Below, one piece after another: positions 19,553 to 27,363 of a stretch of DNA of 60,950 bases. How positions within the stretch are numbered: the first letter of the stretch is position 1; each line of letters begins with the position of its first letter. The notes under the pieces are model-generated. The model saw only the letters and a program-made list of their open reading frames with translations, was not told where the DNA came from and ran no database searches. Origin of the DNA: Candidatus Stahliibacteriota bacterium (GTDB lineage Bacteria > Hydrothermota > UBA3072); the NCBI GenBank assembly GCA_030668705.1, contig DAOVFB010000001.1:1-60950 (forward strand), in the 5' to 3' direction. A program made the translations under genes and the position numbers.

Positions 19553-20685
19553 AAAAAGTAGCAATTTTAGGTTCTACGGGTTCTGTTGGTAGAAATACTA
19601 TTAATGTTATAAAAAATCTTGACGATTACGAAATATTTGCTCTCTATGCAGGGAATAATATTTCATTGCTAATAAAACAGGCGGAAGAATTTAATCCTCT
19701 TTATGTAGGTACTTTTTTCCGGGAAAACGAAAAAAAGTTAGATGATATGGTAGGGGGGAGGTGGAGAACGCTTTTTGGTATTGAGGGGGCAAGTGAGTTA
19801 GCCGCAAATAACGAAATAGATGCAATTGTTATAGCATCAGCCGGGAGTTTAACCTACGAAATCCTTATAAAGGCGCTGGAAAATGGAAAGAGAGTGGCTA
19901 CGGCAAATAAAGAAACCATTGTTGCTTACTCGACTCTCTTGAAGAAAAAATTGCCTGATATGCCCGGTAAGCTCATCCCTGTTGATAGTGAGCATTCTGC
20001 TATCTATCAGTCTCTCCTGGGAGCAAACCGCTCTGATATCAGAAGAGTAATACTACCTGCATCAGGTGGACCATTCAATAACAGGGAGTCCCTTGATGGA
20101 ATAACAGCCCGTGAGGCTTTAAATCATCCGACCTGGCAGATGGGGAAAAAGATTACAATAGATTCGGCAACTTTAATGAACAAGGCTCTTGAGGTGATAG
20201 AGGCTTCTGTTCTTTTTAATCTGTCTCCCGATGAGATTGAAGTCGTTATACATCCCCAATCTATCGTTCATGGTATGGTAGAGTATAAAGATGGGTCTGT
20301 CATTGCTCAATTATCAAAGCCAGATATGAAAATACCCATTCAATTTGCTCTGACGGCTCCAGAGCATGTTAATTCTCCTGCCCCCAAACTTGTCATATCC
20401 GATGTTGAGGCACTAACTTTTCATAAGGTTGATGAGAAAAAATTTCCACTCATACCTCTTGCCTATTATGTCTTAGGAGAGGGAGGAACTCTTCCGGCTG
20501 TATTTGTTGCAGCGGATGAAGTGGCAGTGAGTGCATTTCTTTCCGGAAAGATTAAATTCAGAGAGATAATGGATATAGTAAGGGAGGTTACGGAGTCCCA
20601 TAGTTTGATTGAGGACCCGGGAGTGGAAGATATTATTAATGCAGAAGAATGGGCTTTTTCTAAAGCCAGGGAATTGATTGAATGA
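19549..20685 (+). CDS. dxr: 1-deoxy-D-xylulose 5-phosphate reductoisomerase
   Basis: 378 aa with ILGSTGSVG, ANKE, PVDSEHSA and HPTWQMG motifs. Confidence 0.95.
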   Translation: MKKVAILGSTGSVGRNTINVIKNLDDYEIFALYAGNNISLLIKQAEEFNPLYVGTFFRENEKKLDDMVGGRWRTLFGIEGASELAANNEIDAIVIASAGSLTYEILIKALENGKRVATANKETIVAYSTLLKKKLPDMPGKLIPVDSEHSAIYQSLLGANRSDIRRVILPASGGPFNNRESLDGITAREALNHPTWQMGKKITIDSATLMNKALEVIEASVLFNLSPDEIEVVIHPQSIVHGMVEYKDGSVIAQLSKPDMKIPIQFALTAPEHVNSPAPKLVISDVEALTFHKVDEKKFPLIPLAYYVLGEGGTLPAVFVAADEVAVSAFLSGKIKFREIMDIVREVTESHSLIEDPGVEDIINAEEWAFSKARELIE

Positions 20686-21944
20686 TTGTTTCTATTATTG
20701 TTGCTGTTTTGGCACTTAGTATTCTCATATTTGTTCATGAGTTATCTCATTTCCTGATAGCCAAAGCTTCTTCCATCGATGCTCCCGTATTTTCGATAGG
20801 CTTTGGCCCCCGCCTTTTTTCCTTTAAGTGGAAAGAGACGGATTTCAGGGTATCGGCAATTCCATTTGGAGGATACGTACAGTTAAAGGGAATGGAACCC
20901 GATGAAATAAAAGGAGAAAGGAATGAATTCTACTCAAGGAATGTCGTCCTTCGGATTGCTACAGTATTTGGAGGACCCTTTGCCAATATCCTTTTTGGAT
21001 TTTTGCTGTATCTCGGTATATTTGGTATTGGTGGGATAGAAGTACCGGATACGACTATTATTGGTAGTTCAGCTGCAGGAAGTTATCTTATCCAGGGAGA
21101 TAGAATCCTTTCCATTGATAACAACGAGGTTTTTAACTGGTATGATATAACAAAGGACCTCAAAAATGGCTCGGAAGTCCTGCTCATTCGGGATGGAGAG
21201 GAAAAGAGGGTAATTGCTGATTCTGTATATCTCGATTCGCTATTTCCTCAGTATCCCCCTATCGTTGGGATGGTAGATAAGGGAGGACCCGCATATTCAA
21301 GCGGTATAAGAGAGGGGGCGAGGATTCTTGCGATAAATGGAAAGAAACTCGATAAATGGGAAGATATAACCACCTGTGTTTATCCTGCTGCAGGGGATTC
21401 TCTCAGTGTCCTGTACTGCCAGAATGGTGATACTGCTCTTCTTACAATGGTTCCGAAGGAGCAGAAAGCTCTCGTAGGTGATTCAGTCGTGAGTAGAGGA
21501 ATAATAGGGATTACATCTCCAATTAAGACAGTCAAGATATCCTTTCCTCTGGCCGTTTCCTTTGCATCAAAGCAGACCTGGGGAACTGCTACAATAATCT
21601 TTCGCTCGATTTCTCTTTTAATACATAGAAAGGTATCAGCCAGGAATCTGGCCGGTCCAGTGGGAATTGTTATGCTAACACAGCAAAGTATGAGATGGGG
21701 GCTTAACAGTCTCCTCTCCTTTGTTGCCCTTCTCTCTGTGAATCTGGCGATTGTTAATTTAATACCTATTCCTCCTTTAGATGGATTTCATATCGTTGCT
21801 TCTGTTGTTAGTAGTATTGTCAGAAGAAAACCCTCTAAAAAGATGCTGCAGATTATTACGGTGATTGGAACTATGATTTTACTATCACTTATGGCCCTGC
21901 TTCTTCTTAATGATATATTGAGATTATTCAGTGGAGGTATGTAA
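20682..21944 (+). CDS. rseP: RIP site-2 metalloprotease (M50) RseP
   Basis: 420 aa with HELSH at the N-terminus, a PDZ region and a C-terminal NLIPIPPLDG motif. Confidence 0.9.
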   Translation: MIVSIIVAVLALSILIFVHELSHFLIAKASSIDAPVFSIGFGPRLFSFKWKETDFRVSAIPFGGYVQLKGMEPDEIKGERNEFYSRNVVLRIATVFGGPFANILFGFLLYLGIFGIGGIEVPDTTIIGSSAAGSYLIQGDRILSIDNNEVFNWYDITKDLKNGSEVLLIRDGEEKRVIADSVYLDSLFPQYPPIVGMVDKGGPAYSSGIREGARILAINGKKLDKWEDITTCVYPAAGDSLSVLYCQNGDTALLTMVPKEQKALVGDSVVSRGIIGITSPIKTVKISFPLAVSFASKQTWGTATIIFRSISLLIHRKVSARNLAGPVGIVMLTQQSMRWGLNSLLSFVALLSVNLAIVNLIPIPPLDGFHIVASVVSSIVRRKPSKKMLQIITVIGTMILLSLMALLLLNDILRLFSGGM

Positions 21945-23860
21945 TGGAGAAGTATTGGGTTGCCTCGATGGAGGAATTTGAATTTGGCGCAGAAGTCCTC
22001 ACACAACCAGTTCTAAAAAGATTAAGAGATATCGCTAACGAGTGTCGGGGGGATATATTAAAGATGACCACCATTGCAAACTCAGGACACCCGGGAGGCT
22101 CTATGTCATCTATAGACATATATACTATTGTCTACAGTTTAACCGACCTTGATAAGAATAAAGTGGTAGTGAGCCATGGTCATACCTCTCCAGGCGTATA
22201 TTCCATCCTGGGCAGACTTGGCATTATTGACCGTGAAGAACTCCTTTCTTTTTTCCGTTATGCTGGAGGCCCTTATGAGGGGCATGTTGAATCTCACCTG
22301 CCGCATATTGTATGGAGCACGGGAAACCTTGGGCAGGGATTATCTGCAGGATGCGGTTTTGCTATCGCATCAAAGTTAAAGAAAGAGAATAGTCATACAT
22401 TTGTTCTTATGAGTGATGCAGAGCAGACAAAGGGCCAGGTTGCAGAGGCGCGTCGTTTTGCATCTAAATTTAGCCTTAATAATTTAACTGTTGTAATAGA
22501 TTATAATCACCGGCAGATTTCTGGCAAAATAGAGGATATAATGCCAGTAAACATAAAGGAAAACTACATTGCAGATGGGTGGAGGGTACTGGAGGTTGAT
22601 GGACATAACTTTGAATCCTTATATGAAGCATTGCACACAGCACGTAACGATAAATCTTACCATTATGCAATCCTTTCCGAAACAGTAATGGGTAAAGGGG
22701 TTTCATTTATGGAGGGAAACGTAGCATATCATGGTAGTGCATTGTCTGGTGAAGAATTAGAAAGAGCTTTAAATGAACTCGGAATCGAGAATGATATAGA
22801 TAGATTCATAAAGATAAGAAAGGAGAAAGAACCACAGCATTTTATAAAGAGCCCTGTCCATGAACTACTACCCGAGATTAAAGTAGGAACCCCAAGGGAG
22901 TATAAAGTAGGAGAAAAATTAGGTAACAGGAATGCTTTTGGGAATGCATTAGCGGAGCTTGGAAGATTAAATGAACCAGGGACTATTGTGGCACTTGATT
23001 GCGATCTTGCTGGATCTGTTGGATTAAAGGTATTCGGGGAAGTTTATCCTGAGTTTCTTATAGAGACAGGTGTTTCCGAACATAATACAGCTACTGTTGC
23101 AGGAGTCCTTTCCACTCAGGGGATACATACATTCCTGGCTGATTTTGGCGTTTTCGGGATTGACGAGATGTACAATCAGCAGCGTCTAAATGCAATAAAC
23201 GGGACAAAAGTTCGCCTGATATTAACACATTGTGGTATAAACGTGGGTGAGGATGGAAAAACTCATCACTGCATAGATTACCTTGGTATGGTAAGGAATT
23301 TGCCAGGTTTTGCAGTCATTATACCAGCTGATATAAATCAGACAGATAGGATTATCCGCTATCTCCCAAAGATGGATCGGAATGTTATGGTGGTTATGGG
23401 TAGGGCAAAGGAAGGAGTGATCAGCGATTTGGATGGTAAGCCAATCTTTGGTGGGGACTATGAGTTTGAATACGGGAAGATTGATGTCATTCGGGATGGG
23501 AATGATGGGGTTATCTTATCTTATGGATATGCACTTCGTCTTGCCATTGAGGCCCAGGAAATCCTTGCCGGGTTCGGTATCTCTTTAAGGGTTTTAAATG
23601 TATCTTCGCCTTTGGAAATTGGTGCGGAAGATGTAAAGAAGATAGTGGAGTATAGGAATATTTTTACCTATGAGGACCATCTCGTTGGGAGTGGGCTTGG
23701 TTCCATTGTTGGTAATCTCATAGCCTTAAATGGAATTTCTATGAACTTCCAGTCTTTTGGTATCACTGATTTTGCTCCATCTGGCAATGCAAAAGATTTA
23801 TTCAAAAAGATTGGACTCGATCCAGAAACTGTAGCAAATAGGATTAAAGAAAAGATTTAA
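21944..23860 (+). CDS. tkt: Transketolase (fused N- and C-terminal halves, short form)
   Basis: 638 aa with a TPP-binding GHPGGS..S block, a GDG-like region, and pyrimidine-binding and C-terminal domains. Confidence 0.88.
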   Translation: MEKYWVASMEEFEFGAEVLTQPVLKRLRDIANECRGDILKMTTIANSGHPGGSMSSIDIYTIVYSLTDLDKNKVVVSHGHTSPGVYSILGRLGIIDREELLSFFRYAGGPYEGHVESHLPHIVWSTGNLGQGLSAGCGFAIASKLKKENSHTFVLMSDAEQTKGQVAEARRFASKFSLNNLTVVIDYNHRQISGKIEDIMPVNIKENYIADGWRVLEVDGHNFESLYEALHTARNDKSYHYAILSETVMGKGVSFMEGNVAYHGSALSGEELERALNELGIENDIDRFIKIRKEKEPQHFIKSPVHELLPEIKVGTPREYKVGEKLGNRNAFGNALAELGRLNEPGTIVALDCDLAGSVGLKVFGEVYPEFLIETGVSEHNTATVAGVLSTQGIHTFLADFGVFGIDEMYNQQRLNAINGTKVRLILTHCGINVGEDGKTHHCIDYLGMVRNLPGFAVIIPADINQTDRIIRYLPKMDRNVMVVMGRAKEGVISDLDGKPIFGGDYEFEYGKIDVIRDGNDGVILSYGYALRLAIEAQEILAGFGISLRVLNVSSPLEIGAEDVKKIVEYRNIFTYEDHLVGSGLGSIVGNLIALNGISMNFQSFGITDFAPSGNAKDLFKKIGLDPETVANRIKEKI

Positions 23861-23997
23861 TCATCATCCCTTATTATAGATATATAACAATTTCTTAGTT
23901 CCTTAAGTTCCTCCTCATTATTTACATTTTGATTATTATCTATATTATCAATGTGAGGATGCCAAAGCTCTTCCTATCTTATATTTAAAATCTTCCC

Positions 23998-24225
23998 TCA
24001 ATAAAGTTCCTCTTCTGCCCTGAAGTTGTAGAAATAAACGCCTGCCGAAAGTCCATCAATATTGACTTTATGTATGCCCGCTCCCATAACACCATCAATA
24101 CTCCTCTGGAATTCCAATCTCTAAATCCATCTTACCGTATGTGAGCAGAAATCTCTAACCTTCAGCCTTGATATGAAATTCTTTATACAGTTATTCGCCT
24201 TTGGAGTAACAGACCTTACTCTGCG
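23998..24225 (-). pseudogene. Remnant of a T9SS-type C-terminal sorting domain (orphan 3' end with an in-frame stop)
   Basis: Minus-strand translation reads ..TPKANNCIKNFISRLKVRDFCSHTVRWI*RLEFQRSIDGVMGAGIHKVNIDGLSAGVYFYNFRAEEELY*. The G.H.V..DG..LS.GVYFY tail is the T9SS CTD signature. There is an in-frame TAG at 24121-24123 and no upstream body. Confidence 0.5.
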
Positions 24226-24605
24226 TTTGTTTTGGGAACGCGAAACAAGTTTCGCTACTCCAATTGTTTTCAAAAATATCTTCTTGTCAAATGATTTTTT
24301 TACAAAAATGATTCATTTTCTCAATTTTGAGTAACAGACCTTACTCTGCACCCTCTGGCATCGGGACAAGGATGTCCCTCCTACATTTTGGGTGACTCAT
24401 CGAGTCACCCCTACCTATGTAGGCACGGTTTCAACCGTGCATTGTGCACGAATAAATTCATGCCTGCAAAAATTGTGTTTGATGATCGCGGGCAGAAGCC
24501 CGCTCCAACAGAGGAAAAGGCAATGCCTTTTCCCTACAATCAGGGCGCGAGACTTGTAGAGGCAATTCATGAATTGCCTCTACTCCAATTGTTTTCATAA
24601 ATACC
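24201..24605. repeat. Two hairpin-module cassettes sharing identical head (GAGTAACAGACCTTACTCTGC) and tail (TACTCCAATTGTTTTCA) sequences
   Basis: Heads are at 24204-24224 and 24329-24349; tails are at 24256-24272 and 24581-24597. Internal perfect hairpins lie at 24240-24255, 24363-24378, 24390-24410 (nested in 24380-24423), 24423-24440, 24488-24503, 24513-24533 and 24556-24583. Confidence 0.85.
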
Positions 24606-24733
24606 CCTTGACTGAGGCCCGTAGACAGTAAACCAAGGTCAAAAGTCCTCCGCTTCGATTCATCATTCTCATTGACATATAGCTAATTGATAATATTTTA
24701 TCTTAGGATAAGAAAAAATGCGAGAATATAGAT

Positions 24734-25462
24734 ATGATTAAGAGAAAAGATGCGATAATACTTAAGAGTTTTGATTACAGGAATACAAGTAAGATAATAC
24801 ATGTGCTGACAGAGGATTCACAGAGGATTTCAGTTATTGCAAAAGGTGCACGGAGGACTACTTCCCGTTTTGGAGGAAATATCGAGCCCATCAATTTTAC
24901 TCAAATAGTATATTATATAAAGGAGGACCGGGATATTGGGATACTGAAGGAAGCTAATACTCTGGAGCCCTTCCTGAACCTTAAGAATGACCTGTATAGA
25001 TTAAATATAGCCTGGGGACTTATATGGATTGCAAAAAAAATACCTGATCCACAAGACGGCCTGTTCGGTCTCTTAGAGAGATCCCTTACCTTTCTCAATC
25101 GGGGATTCGAAGAAGAGGTATTGGTCTATTTTCTTCTTTCCCTTTTCCATTTGAGTGGTGTTTCCCCAAAGATCAATAGATGTGTGATGTGTGGCTCTAA
25201 AGAAGTGAAGTTCTTTGATATTCCATCAGGGGGTGCTCAATGCGCCGAATGCAGGGTAGACTCTGCTATTCTAGTTAATAGCTTACTTCTCGTACTTTAC
25301 GATCTAAAGAAAGGTAGGCTTAGAGCATGGGAGGAAATAGTCGAGTCTGACGAGAAAAAGGTCCTGGAAATAGTATTGGAATATGGGATATATCACCTTG
25401 GTGAATGGTTGAATCGTCTGAGGGATATCCTACCGTCCCGGATAATGCCAAAGGAGCGATAA
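24734..25462 (+). CDS. recO: DNA repair protein RecO
   Basis: 242 aa with an N-terminal OB-fold block (ILKSFDYRNTSKIIHVLT..AKGARR) and a CxxC...CxxC zinc motif (CVMCGS...CAEC). Confidence 0.85.
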   Translation: MIKRKDAIILKSFDYRNTSKIIHVLTEDSQRISVIAKGARRTTSRFGGNIEPINFTQIVYYIKEDRDIGILKEANTLEPFLNLKNDLYRLNIAWGLIWIAKKIPDPQDGLFGLLERSLTFLNRGFEEEVLVYFLLSLFHLSGVSPKINRCVMCGSKEVKFFDIPSGGAQCAECRVDSAILVNSLLLVLYDLKKGRLRAWEEIVESDEKKVLEIVLEYGIYHLGEWLNRLRDILPSRIMPKER

Positions 25463-26118
25463 TTTGACCAGTCTCCAAGAATCACAAGGCTTTTATTATT
25501 ATCCTCATATAAATAAGGTTTATGGAAATGTCCCATCATAATTGCATCAATGCCACTTGAAAATTTTCTGTGTGCATATCTGGCCAAGTAATTTAGGTCT
25601 AGGGTAGTTTTTCCGGAACGTAGCCTTGATAATCTTGATACCTTTCTTGCCAGAGTAATTCCCAGATCCGGATGTATGATTGAGAATAGTGCTCTTGAAA
25701 GTCTATTCTTGAGTATTATTCCCAGCATATCCGGTGAATTGATTTCATTACCGTGCTCAATCAAGATCTGAGCACCAGAAGCAGAAATTACCTCAGGCAG
25801 AGAGTGGGGGACTATTCCAATATCTTTGATAAATTGCCCAAGGTAGAAATCGTGGTTACCCACCCAATAGTGTATTTCAACCCCCGCACTTTTTGTTTTG
25901 TACAATTCACAGAATACTCTGAAGAGAGACTTGGGTATAACCGTCTTATATTCAAAGTAGAAGTCAAATATATCACCTAAGAGGAATAATTTATCTGCTT
26001 CTTGTCTTACTTTTTTAAGGAATAAAAAGAAATCGTTGATATCACTGTTTCTGGATTTGTTGTGGAAATGGGTGTCGGCAATGGCAAAGATAATATCACT
26101 ATTAGATATGTTAAGCAT
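25393..26118 (-). CDS. lpxH: UDP-2,3-diacylglucosamine diphosphatase (LpxH-type metallophosphoesterase)
   Basis: Colinear with the LpxH motifs IADTHFH, LLGDIFDFY, VGNHDF, HGN, MGHFH and LGDW. 241 aa. Confidence 0.8.
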   Translation of the reverse strand: MLNISNSDIIFAIADTHFHNKSRNSDINDFFLFLKKVRQEADKLFLLGDIFDFYFEYKTVIPKSLFRVFCELYKTKSAGVEIHYWVGNHDFYLGQFIKDIGIVPHSLPEVISASGAQILIEHGNEINSPDMLGIILKNRLSRALFSIIHPDLGITLARKVSRLSRLRSGKTTLDLNYLARYAHRKFSSGIDAIMMGHFHKPYLYEDNNKSLVILGDWSNYRSFGIIRDGRISLRRFNHSPR

Positions 26119-26134
26119 AGAATAGTGAAGAATC

Positions 26135-26422
26135 TCAGATGGTAAGTTTGTCTGTCATTTCCTTAATTATAGAAATTGCTTCTCCGTAGTAATGATGTTT
26201 TAGAAGTTCATTAACAAGGTTACGATACCGTTCTTCCTCTCCAATATTAGCTTCTCCTTCAACTTCTGCTATTTTGGATAACTCCTCTGTGGATTCTCGA
26301 AAGATGCTTCCTTCCTCTTTATCAAGAATATTTAAGATGCCTTGTTCTTCTTCTTCCTCCTTCCCTTTCCTTTTCTCTTCTCTTTTAAATATTTCTTCAA
26401 ACGGAGATTTTTCCTGGTCCAT
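26135..26422 (-). CDS. Small acidic hypothetical protein
   Basis: 95 aa, E/K-rich. It overlaps the stop of the upstream TPR gene and sits inside the TPR-lpxH operon. Confidence 0.55.
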   Translation of the reverse strand: MDQEKSPFEEIFKREEKRKGKEEEEEQGILNILDKEEGSIFRESTEELSKIAEVEGEANIGEEERYRNLVNELLKHHYYGEAISIIKEMTDKLTI

Positions 26423-27359
26423 CTACCCTCCTATCTTTGTATAACGTGAGTGCTTCTTTGGCATCAGTAAGGTTAGGATCTAATTTAAGGGCTTTATCCC
26501 AATTTTCAATTGCCTGGTTAATATCCTCTTTCTTTTCATATGCAAAGCCCAAATTAGCATACGCAGAAGCAAAGCCTTTATCCTTCCCAAGAGCCTGTTT
26601 AAAGATATCAATTGCTCCATCAATATCGCCTTCGTTAAAGATAATTAGCCCCATGCCACTCAATGCTTCTACCTTATCCGGGTCTTTTTCAAGCACCTGT
26701 TTGAATATATCCTGAGCTTCTTGGTCCTTTCCTTCCTTAGATAAAGCGATCCCAAGATTTGTCAATACTTCAAGTGATGATTTATCTAACTCTGCAGCTT
26801 TTTTAAATCCGTCAATAGCAGTTGTTGCTCTCCCGGCATAGAAATTCTTAATTGCCATATCGTTGAGTAACCTTGCCTCCTCTTTTTTCTTCATTAGCGT
26901 GAGTTCTTCTCTCTCTTTCTTGAATTCTTCCACATAGTTCCGGATGTGTTCTGAAATAGCATTTAAGTTCAGAACCATTTCCCCAAAGTGTTCTTCAATA
27001 GCAGAAAAACTCTCTTTTAGTGTATCCGAGATTGTTTTTTCTAATGCAGAAAGTCTCTCCTTGAGAGCTTCATAGTTTTTATTAAGACTATTTGCAAAAT
27101 TTTCCTCAAGAGAGGTCAATGAATCCATTATTGAATCGCCGATTTGCGCGGGATTTTCATGGATGACATTTTTTATCTCGCCGAGGGCTTCTCTCTGTCC
27201 CGCGGTTGCCTTTTCTGGTAAATTTTCGATTAAAGAGGTTATTTCTCTTAGATTTTTATCCAGAAGTGACTGAAGTTGATAGTGATCCTCATGCCTTGCT
27301 TGGTTAAATTGTTGTAGTCCCTTTCTTAAAACTTCTATTTCGTTTTGTTCTTCTTCCAT
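26397..27359 (-). CDS. Coiled-coil / TPR repeat protein
   Basis: 320 aa. The N-terminal ~170 aa are heptad-like and helical. The C-terminal half has about four TPR units (AIDGFKKAAELDKSS, AQDIFKQVLEKDPDK, AIDIFKQALGKDKGF, AIENWDKALKLDPNL). Confidence 0.75.
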   Translation of the reverse strand: MEEEQNEIEVLRKGLQQFNQARHEDHYQLQSLLDKNLREITSLIENLPEKATAGQREALGEIKNVIHENPAQIGDSIMDSLTSLEENFANSLNKNYEALKERLSALEKTISDTLKESFSAIEEHFGEMVLNLNAISEHIRNYVEEFKKEREELTLMKKKEEARLLNDMAIKNFYAGRATTAIDGFKKAAELDKSSLEVLTNLGIALSKEGKDQEAQDIFKQVLEKDPDKVEALSGMGLIIFNEGDIDGAIDIFKQALGKDKGFASAYANLGFAYEKKEDINQAIENWDKALKLDPNLTDAKEALTLYKDRRVDGPGKISV

Positions 27360-27363
27360 CTTA

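Noticed and set aside
24388-24600. 70-aa ORF (MGDSSSHPYLCRHGFNRA...GQKPAPT...AIHELPLLQLFS) in the tkt-recO gap.
   Set aside because: Every segment of the peptide is a read-through of a perfect DNA palindrome. It has no Shine-Dalgarno sequence and no family resemblance. It is best explained as a translation artefact of the hairpin cassette.
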